From contig JAZKYR010000108.1 of NCBI GenBank assembly GCA_045612245.1, forward strand, positions 1 through 63,859: 63,859 nt of DNA. Direction: 5' to 3'. The DNA is from Agathobacter sp. (lineage in GTDB: Bacteria; Bacillota; Clostridia; Lachnospirales; Lachnospiraceae). Positions 20,389-28,824 of this stretch are shown here, in pieces. The number at the start of each line of letters is the position of its first letter. Position 1 is the first letter of the stretch. The notes beneath the pieces are model-generated. The model was not told the origin of the DNA. It made no database searches and saw only the letters and a program-made list of their open reading frames with translations. The translations under genes were made by a program, and so were the position numbers.

Positions 20389-20583
20389 ATGGCAAAAGAT
20401 AAGAGATTTGAAGAAGTTTATTCACAGTCGGGATTTGTGAAAGGAATGGAAATTTGGGTAGATAATGAAACAGGTGTGAATTATCTCTGTTATGTAAATG
20501 GATATGCAGGCGGGATGACACCACTCTTGGATTCAAGCGGGAATGTTGTTGTGACACCTGTGAGTAGAAGAAATTACGATTAA
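20389..20583 (+). CDS. DUF6440-like small protein
   Basis: WVDNETGVNYL...GGMTPLLD pattern. RBS GAGGAG. Confidence 0.7.
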   Translation: MAKDKRFEEVYSQSGFVKGMEIWVDNETGVNYLCYVNGYAGGMTPLLDSSGNVVVTPVSRRNYD

Positions 20584-20589
20584 TAAGGT

Positions 20590-20943
20590 ATGATATGGAA
20601 AATTCCTATGAATTATCAAACTGCAGTGGATTATCTCTCGCCGGAAGGTAAATATTATACTAGTATGCTTAGATATCCACATTATTCTTCCAAACGCTCT
20701 CTTTCATCAAAAGAAAATTGGGATTTTGCCCAGAGAACATATGGAAAGTATTTGCTAATGTTTGCAGGTGTGCAAGCTGTGATAGGAGTGTTTTGGTATC
20801 CTCTTGCTGAGCTTGCTATGGAATTTACCAAGTGGGATGATGCTGGGATGGCTATGGTTACTTGTCCAATTATATTGTTTTTAATATTGGCAAATGTTTT
20901 GACAGAAGTGAAATTAAGAAAACTACAGGAGGAACATTTATGA
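20590..20943 (+). CDS. SdpI/YhfL-like membrane protein
   Basis: SKRSLSSKENWDFAQRTYGK resembles the SdpI motif (R..s...W..A....G), followed by two TM helices. Confidence 0.55.
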   Translation: MIWKIPMNYQTAVDYLSPEGKYYTSMLRYPHYSSKRSLSSKENWDFAQRTYGKYLLMFAGVQAVIGVFWYPLAELAMEFTKWDDAGMAMVTCPIILFLILANVLTEVKLRKLQEEHL

Positions 20944-21158
20944 AGAATTCGAATATTTGTCCAAAGTGTAATAGTACAGATATACTTCGAATTGATGGAA
21001 CGGTAGAAGCATACGGAGTAGGAAATAATATTCAAGTAGGTTTTTTGAAAAATCCTGTATTAGTAAATCGTTATCTTTGCTGTAGTTGTGGTTTCTCGGA
21101 AGAATGGATTGATTTATATGAAGAGGATATCCAGAATTTGAAGAAGAAATATAAGTAA
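20940..21158 (+). CDS. Small zinc-ribbon protein
   Basis: CPKC...CCSCG motifs. Start moved to ATG 20940 (RBS GGAGG, ATGA overlap with the previous stop). Confidence 0.75.
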   Translation: MKNSNICPKCNSTDILRIDGTVEAYGVGNNIQVGFLKNPVLVNRYLCCSCGFSEEWIDLYEEDIQNLKKKYK

Positions 21159-21166
21159 TTTACTAC

Positions 21167-21195
21167 TTTACAAAACCATAAAAAGGTACTAGAAT
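21167..21195 (+). promoter_or_regulatory. Sigma-A promoter of the thrS leader
   Basis: TTTACA, 17 bp, TAGAAT. Confidence 0.7.
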
Positions 21196-21215
21196 ATTTA
21201 GGTAATAAAAAATAC

Positions 21216-21453
21216 AAAACGTTGATGAGAAGAGTACGTTGTGAAATGTTCCAGAGAGAGATGCAATTGGTGTGAGCATCTTAGCAGGAAGCAGCCGAAG
21301 ACCACCTCAGAGTGACCCCAATCCGGTCCGGCCGACACCGTTATCGTCAGAATGAGATTTGCTTTTTGTTTTTGAAAGCAAATGAATTTGGGTGGAACCA
21401 CGATTAGATTAGTCGTCCCAGATGCAACTAATGTTGTATCTGGGACTTTTTTT
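21216..21453 (+). ncRNA. T-box riboswitch (Thr)
   Basis: Stem I AGAGA and GGTGTGA motifs, specifier GAAG-ACC (Thr codon 21301-21303), CCGTTA, T-box GGGTGGAACCACG (21390-21402), terminator at 21415-21453. Confidence 0.93.
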
Positions 21454-21571
21454 CGCGACAAAGAAGAGGAGAATCAAGCATACAAAACGCCTGCTAGCAG
21501 GCAGGTTTTCGAGTCTGCTTTGGCGTTGATGAAATATATATATCATTTAAATATAGAAAAGGAGAACGAAA

Positions 21572-23536
21572 ATGAAAATCACTTTAAAAGATGGCTCTAT
21601 TAAAGAGTACAGCGAAGCAAAAAGTGTCTATGATATCGCGCTTGATATCAGTGAAGGTCTTGCACGTGTAGCATGTGCAGGTGAAGTAAATGGCGAGGTA
21701 GTAGACTTAAGAACAGTAGTTGACAGTGACTGCGAATTAAATATCATCACAGCAAATGATCCAGCTGCATTACCAATTATTCGTCATACAGCATCACACA
21801 TTATGGCTCAGGCTGTAAAGAATCTTTTCCCAGAGGCTAAGGTAGCTATCGGACCAGCAATCGAAGATGGTTTCTACTACGACTTTGATAGAGAACCATT
21901 TTCAAGAGAAGATTTAGATGCAATTGAAAAAGAAATGAAGAAAATCATCAAGAAAGGTAGCAGAATCACAAGATTTACACTTCCAAGAGAAGAAGCTATC
22001 GCACTTATGAAAGAAAAAGATGAACCATTCAAAGTAGAACTTATCGAAGATCTTCCAGAAGATGCAGAAATTTCTTTCTACGATCAGGATGGTTTTGTAG
22101 ACCTTTGTGCAGGTCCACACCTTATGAATACAAAGGGAGTAAAAGCATACAAACTCATTTCTTCTTCTATGGCTTATTGGAGAGGCGATGCAAACAAAGC
22201 TAGACTTCAGAGAATTTATGCGACAGCATACAACAACAAAGAAGATTTACAGGCACATCTTGATCACTTAGAAGATATTAAGATGCGTGACCACAACAAA
22301 CTTGGTCGTGAAATGGGACTTTTCACAACAGTAGACGTAGTAGGTCAGGGGCTTCCTTTATTTACACATAAAGGTACAAAGATGATTATGAAACTCCAGA
22401 GATGGATTGAAGACATCGAAGAACAGGATTGGGGATACATCCGTACTCGTACACCTCTTATGGCAAAATCTGATCTTTACAAGATTTCAGGACACTGGGA
22501 TCACTATAAAGATGGTATGTTTGTAATGGGTGATGAAGAAGTAGACAAAGAAGTATTTGCACTTCGTCCTATGACATGTCCATTCCAGTATTTTGTATAC
22601 AAAAATGAACAGCATTCTTACAGAGATTTACCAGTTCGTATGGGTGAAACATCTACATTATTCCGTGCAGAAGACTCAGGTGAAATGCATGGTTTAACAC
22701 GTGTTCGTCAGTTTACAATTTCAGAAGGACACAACGTAATTCGTCCAGATCAGGCAGAAGAAGAATTAAAGGCATGTCTTGACTTAGCATATCATGTTCT
22801 TTCAACACTTGGATTACAAGATGATGTAACATTCCGTCTTTCAAAATGGGATCCAAACAATAAAGAAAAATACTTAGGCGATGATGAATACTGGAATACA
22901 ACACAGGATGCACTTCGTCAGGTATTGATTGATAAGAATGTACCATTCACAGAAGAAGATGGTGAAGCTGCATTCTACGGACCTAAGATTGATATTCAGG
23001 CTAAGAACGTATACGGCAAAGAAGATACAATGATTACGATCCAGCTTGACTGTGCGATCGCAGAAAACTTTGATATGTATTATGTGGACCAGAATGGTGA
23101 AAAGGTTCGTCCTTACATTATCCATAGAACATCACTTGGATGTTATGAAAGAACACTTGCATGGTTAATCGAAAAATACGCTGGTAAGTTCCCAACATGG
23201 CTTTGTCCAGAACAGGTTCGTGTACTTCCAATTTCAGAGAAATACATTGACTATGCTGAAAAAGTTGCAAAAGAACTTAAAACAAACGGCGTAGACGTAA
23301 CAGTAGACAGCCGTTCAGAAAAGATTGGTTACAAGATTCGTGAAGCTCGTATGGACAGACTTCCATACATGCTCGTAGTAGGTGCTCAGGAAGAAATCGA
23401 TGGAACAGTTTCTGTAAGAAGCCGTTTCGCTGGTGACGAAGGCATCAAACCACTTGGAGAATTTGTAGATCAGATTTGTAAAGAAATTAGAACGAAAGAG
23501 ATTCGTCAGGTTGTTGTTGAAGAACCTGCAAAATAA
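21572..23536 (+). CDS. thrS: Threonyl-tRNA synthetase
   Basis: TGS domain, HTASH/DLCAGPH editing motifs, LRPMTCP, FYGPKID. Thr T-box upstream. Confidence 0.97.
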   Translation: MKITLKDGSIKEYSEAKSVYDIALDISEGLARVACAGEVNGEVVDLRTVVDSDCELNIITANDPAALPIIRHTASHIMAQAVKNLFPEAKVAIGPAIEDGFYYDFDREPFSREDLDAIEKEMKKIIKKGSRITRFTLPREEAIALMKEKDEPFKVELIEDLPEDAEISFYDQDGFVDLCAGPHLMNTKGVKAYKLISSSMAYWRGDANKARLQRIYATAYNNKEDLQAHLDHLEDIKMRDHNKLGREMGLFTTVDVVGQGLPLFTHKGTKMIMKLQRWIEDIEEQDWGYIRTRTPLMAKSDLYKISGHWDHYKDGMFVMGDEEVDKEVFALRPMTCPFQYFVYKNEQHSYRDLPVRMGETSTLFRAEDSGEMHGLTRVRQFTISEGHNVIRPDQAEEELKACLDLAYHVLSTLGLQDDVTFRLSKWDPNNKEKYLGDDEYWNTTQDALRQVLIDKNVPFTEEDGEAAFYGPKIDIQAKNVYGKEDTMITIQLDCAIAENFDMYYVDQNGEKVRPYIIHRTSLGCYERTLAWLIEKYAGKFPTWLCPEQVRVLPISEKYIDYAEKVAKELKTNGVDVTVDSRSEKIGYKIREARMDRLPYMLVVGAQEEIDGTVSVRSRFAGDEGIKPLGEFVDQICKEIRTKEIRQVVVEEPAK

Positions 23537-23542
23537 AAAATT

Positions 23543-23575
23543 AAGAACTCTACCAATAGGTAGAGTTCTTTTTTT
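23543..23575. terminator. Terminator between convergent thrS and DUF2156-GNAT genes
   Basis: AAGAACTCTACC-aata-GGTAGAGTTCTT followed by a T-run. Confidence 0.85.
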
Positions 23576-23592
23576 GTTTGTCATTTTTAGAT

Positions 23593-25251
23593 TTAGTCAA
23601 AAGCAAAGCCAAAGTACGCTGGTACAACAAAATCCTCAGCTAGTGCATGATACATTGCAAATGGTTCATCTTTACCAGGGGTAAAGAAAGTTCCGTCTTT
23701 GCATCCTAAAGCATGTACAATGCCTGGTGCAAGAGAAGTATCTCCAAGAAGTTCCATACTATAGAGATTCTCATTTTCGATGTGTCCTGCGAGTAAGAAA
23801 CGTTCTCCTACATAGAATTTTGACTGTGTTTCAAGAAAATCCAGATTTTCGTCTTCCTGAATCACTGATTGAGAAGGTAAGAATTCTCGTCGTAGAGTAG
23901 CGAATTCCTTCTTTTTAATTTCTCGAATTTCAATTCCCATATTTTCTGCAGCACATTCGAGTTTGCTTCGTTTCGTGCATAATTCATATTCACAGCCTTC
24001 GTATAGGTGTACAAGTGCTTCGTTTCCAGGAACTAAGATTACGCCTGAATACCCAAGTGCCTGTAGGTGTTTATGTGTGTCTTCTAATAGCATATGGCAT
24101 GCGCCTTTGCCGCGAAATTCTTTTGCAGTGGCCACAGCATAGACATAAGCAATCCGCTGGTTGTCAATCGTACAGTCAAACCAATATAGCACGGCTGCTA
24201 ATTGATCATTCACGGTTGCTATACGACAGCGAGAGGTGTCAAAAGCAGTTGAATAAAAACAATCCAAGAAAGTATCGTTGTCCCCAAAGGCTTCCTTCCA
24301 TAATTCGCGAAGCGCTGGAAGTTTAGTAGCAGAAGGTTCCGCAAAAGAATATTTAAACTGTAGAGGAATCGCCTTATATTTCTTAATTAGATGATGTGGG
24401 AAATAACTAAGTTTCGCTTTGCGAAGTCCAGGGATTCCCAAATCTTCCTCGCGGTCAAGATATTTGATATCTGGATATTTGTTTCGGATATAATTTGCAA
24501 ACTCACTATTGATGGTAGTGTAGGCTCCATCAATATCACCACGGGCTTTTTCATAATGCACGTCAAGGGTGTCGTTGCTCATTTGGCTAGCCATAGTAAA
24601 GCCAAGTATTTTACCATTTTCTTCCAGAATCAGACCTTCCATTTCCAGGGCCTCATAATGTGTAAATACTTTTTCTAAGGCGGCTTGTTCATTGTGATAG
24701 TCACCATCTGGATTTTCTTCTAATTTTTGATTGTACCATTCTTTGACAAATGCTTGAACGCGGTCCATGTTTTCCAATGTAATTGGTGTTACAACATAAT
24801 CAGGGTGATTTTTCTTAAAATGTTTCAGATGATTACGTTTGCGGTGGAGTTTTCGTCCTTTTAAATCAGCCAATTCATGGATGCCATAGACATAGTCATA
24901 GCTGCTTCGATCCGCATGGAAATAAAACTGGTTTGGATAGAGAGTTTCTACCGTTTGTTTATCGGTTTCGGTTAAGCCTGTCAGACAAGGGCAAAGGCTG
25001 CGTTCTTTTGCATCTTCAAAAATTGCATCCAAAACGGCTTTTTTGTCCCCGGTTCCAACAGGAAATGGATAGAAACAGTTACCATCAAAACGAGAAAACA
25101 GCACAACATGGTCATGTAAAAAAGTGATTCCCTGCAAGCCCCACATAAAAAGGTTGCTAAAGGAATACTGGCAACCACGGTCTGAATCCTGATATAAATG
25201 TTCATTATATAAAGTTTTATCTTTTAATTCTATGGTTCGAAAATCTATCAT
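23593..25251 (-). CDS. Fusion of a DUF2156 (aaPG-synthase C-terminal-like) domain and a GNAT acetyltransferase
   Basis: N-terminal DYVY..L..LKG.K.H.KRNH, HYEKA and DREEDLGIPGLRKAKLSYFP. C-terminal LWKEAFGD and AVATAKEFRGKG (GNAT motif A). Confidence 0.85.
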   Translation of the reverse strand: MIDFRTIELKDKTLYNEHLYQDSDRGCQYSFSNLFMWGLQGITFLHDHVVLFSRFDGNCFYPFPVGTGDKKAVLDAIFEDAKERSLCPCLTGLTETDKQTVETLYPNQFYFHADRSSYDYVYGIHELADLKGRKLHRKRNHLKHFKKNHPDYVVTPITLENMDRVQAFVKEWYNQKLEENPDGDYHNEQAALEKVFTHYEALEMEGLILEENGKILGFTMASQMSNDTLDVHYEKARGDIDGAYTTINSEFANYIRNKYPDIKYLDREEDLGIPGLRKAKLSYFPHHLIKKYKAIPLQFKYSFAEPSATKLPALRELWKEAFGDNDTFLDCFYSTAFDTSRCRIATVNDQLAAVLYWFDCTIDNQRIAYVYAVATAKEFRGKGACHMLLEDTHKHLQALGYSGVILVPGNEALVHLYEGCEYELCTKRSKLECAAENMGIEIREIKKKEFATLRREFLPSQSVIQEDENLDFLETQSKFYVGERFLLAGHIENENLYSMELLGDTSLAPGIVHALGCKDGTFFTPGKDEPFAMYHALAEDFVVPAYFGFAFD

Positions 25252-25313
25252 TGTGTAAAATTCCTTTCAATTAACCATATTGCCTTCAAAAAAATATTTT
25301 GTCAACATTACTA

Positions 25314-25342
25314 GTATAAAATTTTAAAAGAAAATCATACTA
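25314..25342 (+). promoter_or_regulatory. Forespore sigma-G-type promoter
   Basis: GTATA, 17 bp, CATACTA, upstream of the DUF1540 gene. Confidence 0.65.
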
Positions 25343-25372
25343 AAATAGAAAATTATATTAGGAGGTAAAAGT

Positions 25373-25690
25373 ATGACAAAATTAGATTGTAATGTAGTAA
25401 GTTGTTCTTATAATGAAAACAAATTATGTAAGCGAGACAATATAACAGTAGGTGGTCAAAAGGCAATTAAACCATCTGAAACAGTATGTGAAAGTTTTTA
25501 TCCAAGAGGGACAAATACGATGACAAACTTAGATGCGAAAGGACCATCTGAGATGACAAATATTGCATGTAACGCGGTTACCTGCGTTTATAATGACAAT
25601 AAGAAATGTACGGCAGAGCATATTCAGATTGCAGGGATAAAGGCTATGACTTCTGGGGAAACGGAATGTGGTACTTTCCAGTGTAAATAG
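25373..25690 (+). CDS. DUF1540 tandem-repeat Cys-rich protein (probably spore-associated)
   Basis: Two repeats of C.v..C.YN....C....I.v.G...T.C.tF. RBS AGGAGG. Confidence 0.85.
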   Translation: MTKLDCNVVSCSYNENKLCKRDNITVGGQKAIKPSETVCESFYPRGTNTMTNLDAKGPSEMTNIACNAVTCVYNDNKKCTAEHIQIAGIKAMTSGETECGTFQCK

Positions 25691-25711
25691 TTTTGAATAG
25701 AACAGAGAGAG

Positions 25712-25768
25712 TTTGACATTATTCGACATACAGAATAAAATAGAATGAGTGTGTCGAATAGTGTCGGC
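25712..25768 (+). promoter_or_regulatory. lgt promoter inside an inverted repeat carrying Spo0A-box matches
   Basis: TTGACA (25713), 17 bp, TAAAAT (25736). TTCGACA at 25722-25728 and TGTCGAA at 25752-25758. Confidence 0.65.
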
Positions 25769-25797
25769 TACTTTGTTTACAGAAAAGGAGAACGAAA

Positions 25798-26664
25798 TTG
25801 GATTATAATATTAACTTTCCAAATTTACATATTTATCTTGATCATGTAGGGAAACTCATTTCCATTGGCAATTTTGATATAGCATATTATGGTATTGTAA
25901 TTGCTTGCGGGATTATGGGTGGTGTATGTTTAGCGGTTACCATTGCAAAATTATCTGGACAGAATACAGAGGATTATTATGATATGGCATTGTATGCGAT
26001 TATCTTCTCTGTGTTGGGAGCAAGATTGTATTATGTAATCTTTAATTGGGATTATTATTCCGAGGATTTGCTTCGTATTTTAAATTTCCGTGAAGGAGGT
26101 TTGGGAATTTATGGAGCAGTAATTGCAGCAATCATTTCAGTGTATATTATGACAAAGAGAAGAAAACTCTCATTTTTATTAGTTGCGGATTCTGCAAGTC
26201 CGGCACTTATTCTTGGACAGTGCATAGGCAGATGGGGAAATTTTTTTAATAGAGAAGCGTTTGGTGGATATACGGATAACCTTTTTGCGATGCAGCTTCC
26301 GGTTTCCGCTGTAAGACAGCATGAGATTACGGCTCAGCAGTGGGAACATGCTCAGACGATTGCAGGAGTTACATATATTCAGGTGCATCCAACCTTTTTA
26401 TATGAATCTATGTGGAACTTTGCGTTGTTGACTTTTATGTTAATTTATTGGAGATACCGCAAATTTAATGGAGAGATATTCCTGATATATTTATTAGGAT
26501 ATGGCGTAGGTCGATTCTGGATAGAATCTCTTCGTACGGATCAATTAATATTACCAATTTTTAATGTTCCAGTATCTATGGTTGTGGCAGCTGTGATGGC
26601 AATCGTAGCTTTGGTTGCAATTATAATTGGAAGAAGAAATGCAAAATTAAAAGAAAAGAAATAA
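25798..26664 (+). CDS. lgt: Prolipoprotein diacylglyceryl transferase
   Basis: GARLYYV, IGRWGNFFNREAFG and HPTFLYES motifs. TTG start with RBS AAGGAG. Confidence 0.95.
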   Translation: MDYNINFPNLHIYLDHVGKLISIGNFDIAYYGIVIACGIMGGVCLAVTIAKLSGQNTEDYYDMALYAIIFSVLGARLYYVIFNWDYYSEDLLRILNFREGGLGIYGAVIAAIISVYIMTKRRKLSFLLVADSASPALILGQCIGRWGNFFNREAFGGYTDNLFAMQLPVSAVRQHEITAQQWEHAQTIAGVTYIQVHPTFLYESMWNFALLTFMLIYWRYRKFNGEIFLIYLLGYGVGRFWIESLRTDQLILPIFNVPVSMVVAAVMAIVALVAIIIGRRNAKLKEKK

Positions 26665-26673
26665 CAAATTTAT

Positions 26674-26713
26674 AAAAAAAGACGTACAGTTTGACAGCTG
26701 TACGTCTTTTTTT
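26674..26713 (+). terminator. Rho-independent terminator
   Basis: AAAAAAAGACGTACAG...CTGTACGTCTTTTTTT. Confidence 0.85.
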
Positions 26714-26750
26714 GTTGCCAAAAATAAATTTAAAAAAATGCGAAAAAGGC

Positions 26751-26833
26751 TTGATTTTACTGGGTTTTTGGGGTATTATTGAATAAAAGTGGAGGAAAGT
26801 GGGGCGTTAAGCCATAAAAGTGGTGTAAAGTGG
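26751..26833 (+). promoter_or_regulatory. mraZ/dcw promoter with MraZ-binding GTGG repeats
   Basis: TTGATT, 17 bp, TATTAT (26751-26779). AAAGTGG at 26786, 26796, 26817 and 26827. Confidence 0.8.
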
Positions 26834-26926
26834 TGGATAAGTTGATAAACTTGTTGATAAGTTAAATCCAACACAAAAATCCAGTACAGGAAATCCACAA
26901 AATACACAGAAAGGAGAGAGAAAGCC

Positions 26927-27358
26927 ATGTTCATGGGAGAATACAACCATACAATTGATGCTAAAGGCCGTTTAATCGTACCTTCAAAATTCCGTGAACA
27001 ATTAGGTAATGAATTTGTAATTACCAAAGGCTTGGATGGATGTCTTTTCGTTTATTCAAACGAAGAATGGCAGAATATTGAAAACTCTTTCCGAGATAAG
27101 CCACTTACCTCAAAGGATGCAAGAAAGTTCATGAGATTCTTCTTCGCAGGTGCATGTTCTTGTGAAGTGGACAAGCAGGGACGTATTCTTATTCCAAATA
27201 ACTTAAGAGAATACGCTGGTATTGAAAAAGATGTAGTTTCTGTTGGCGTACTTAGTCGTGTAGAAATCTGGAGCAAAGAAAAATGGACAGATAATGGTGA
27301 TTATGATGATATGGAAGAAATCGCTGAACACATGGCAGAACTTGGATTTGGTATTTGA
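26927..27358 (+). CDS. mraZ: Division/cell wall cluster repressor MraZ
   Basis: [16 protein letters not shown] and DKQGRILIP motifs. Confidence 0.97.
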   Translation: MFMGEYNHTIDAKGRLIVPSKFREQLGNEFVITKGLDGCLFVYSNEEWQNIENSFRDKPLTSKDARKFMRFFFAGACSCEVDKQGRILIPNNLREYAGIEKDVVSVGVLSRVEIWSKEKWTDNGDYDDMEEIAEHMAELGFGI

Positions 27359-27379
27359 TAAGTATAAATAGGAGCAGAT

Positions 27380-28318
27380 ATGGAGTTTAAACATTATTCC
27401 GTTTTACTGGAAGAAACAATTGAAAATTTAAATATTCGTCCAGGTGGGATATATGTAGACGGAACTCTTGGCGGTGGTGGACATGCTTATCAGGTGTGTA
27501 AACGCTTAAATGGACAAGGCAGATTCGTTGGGATTGATCAAGATGCAGATGCGATTGCAGCTGCGAGCGAGAGATTGTCTGAGTTTGGCGATTTGGTAAC
27601 CATCGTAAGAAGCAACTACTGTAATATGAAACAGGTTCTAAAGGATTTAGGTATCGAAAAGGTAGATGGTATCGTTCTTGACCTTGGAGTTTCTTCCTTC
27701 CAGTTAGATACCCCAGAACGAGGGTTTACATATCGTAGTGAAGATGCACCGCTGGATATGAGAATGGATGACCGTCAGACCCTTACAGCAAAAGACATCG
27801 TTAATGAATACAGCGAAATGGAACTCTTCCGTATTATAAGAGATTACGGAGAGGACAAATTTGCAAAGAATATTGCAAAGCACATCGTAAATGCGAGAGC
27901 GAAGGAACCAATCCTTACAACAGGACAGCTTAACAGAATCATAGATGCGGCTATCCCAATGAAGATGAAAGTTACAGGTGGACATCCTTCCAAAAGAACT
28001 TATCAGGCAATTCGAATTGAATTAAACAGAGAGTTGGATGTGCTTAGAGATACCTTAGATGAAATGATTGAACTCTTAAATGAGGAAGGAAGAATTTGCA
28101 TCATTACCTTCCATTCATTAGAGGATCGAATTGTAAAAACTATTTTTAAGAAAAATGAAAACCCATGTACATGTCCTTCAAACTTCCCAGTTTGTGTATG
28201 TGGAAATGTTTCAAAAGGACATGTAGCAACGAGAAAACCGATACTTCCTTCTCCGGAGGAATTGGAAGTAAACAGCAGATCAAAGAGTGCGAAGCTGAGA
28301 GTTTTCGAAAGAGAGTAA
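27380..28318 (+). CDS. rsmH: 16S rRNA m4C1402 methyltransferase
   Basis: [26 protein letters not shown] and RSKSAKLR motifs. Confidence 0.97.
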   Translation: MEFKHYSVLLEETIENLNIRPGGIYVDGTLGGGGHAYQVCKRLNGQGRFVGIDQDADAIAAASERLSEFGDLVTIVRSNYCNMKQVLKDLGIEKVDGIVLDLGVSSFQLDTPERGFTYRSEDAPLDMRMDDRQTLTAKDIVNEYSEMELFRIIRDYGEDKFAKNIAKHIVNARAKEPILTTGQLNRIIDAAIPMKMKVTGGHPSKRTYQAIRIELNRELDVLRDTLDEMIELLNEEGRICIITFHSLEDRIVKTIFKKNENPCTCPSNFPVCVCGNVSKGHVATRKPILPSPEELEVNSRSKSAKLRVFERE

Positions 28319-28339
28319 TATTTAGGAGCTAGAGTAATA

Positions 28340-28807
28340 ATGAAAGAGACTTATTTTGTAAATGGAAGTACAGTAAGACAAATGGAAGCTCAGCCTGTCA
28401 GAAGAAAAGTTGACAGAAGAAAGATTCAGGAACAACAGCAGAAAAAACGTAGAAGAACTGCGGCAAAGAGAAATAGAGAACGCGCATTACATATGAGTAG
28501 AGGCTATGTAGCCTTCTTAACACTTTGTGTAGGTGTAGTTGCTTTTGCAGCGGTAGCATTAGTACAGATTCAGTCACAGGTGACACAGCGTATGGAACAT
28601 ATTGCAGCTTTAGAAAGTCAGATTACTGATCTTAAAGCGGATAATGACGCTCGTTACAAAGAAATTGTAACATCTGTAGACTTGGATTATATTAAAGATG
28701 TAGCAATGAACGAATTAGGAATGCAGTATGCGACAGAAGACCAGATTATTTATTATTCTGTAGCGAATGATAATTTCATGGATCAGTATAGTGATATTCC
28801 AGAATAA
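28340..28807 (+). CDS. ftsL: Cell division protein FtsL-like
   Basis: Basic N-terminus, one TM helix, coiled coil, AMNELGM. Position after rsmH. Confidence 0.78.
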   Translation: MKETYFVNGSTVRQMEAQPVRRKVDRRKIQEQQQKKRRRTAAKRNRERALHMSRGYVAFLTLCVGVVAFAAVALVQIQSQVTQRMEHIAALESQITDLKADNDARYKEIVTSVDLDYIKDVAMNELGMQYATEDQIIYYSVANDNFMDQYSDIPE

Positions 28808-28824
28808 ATAGCTAGGAGAGTACT

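Noticed and set aside
19186-21158. Integron-like cassette array
   Set aside because: The intergenic gaps are only a few bases and contain no repeated attC-like sites. No integrase.
21382-21603. 73-aa ORF upstream of thrS
   Set aside because: It runs through the T-box antiterminator and terminator, and the region is explained as leader RNA.
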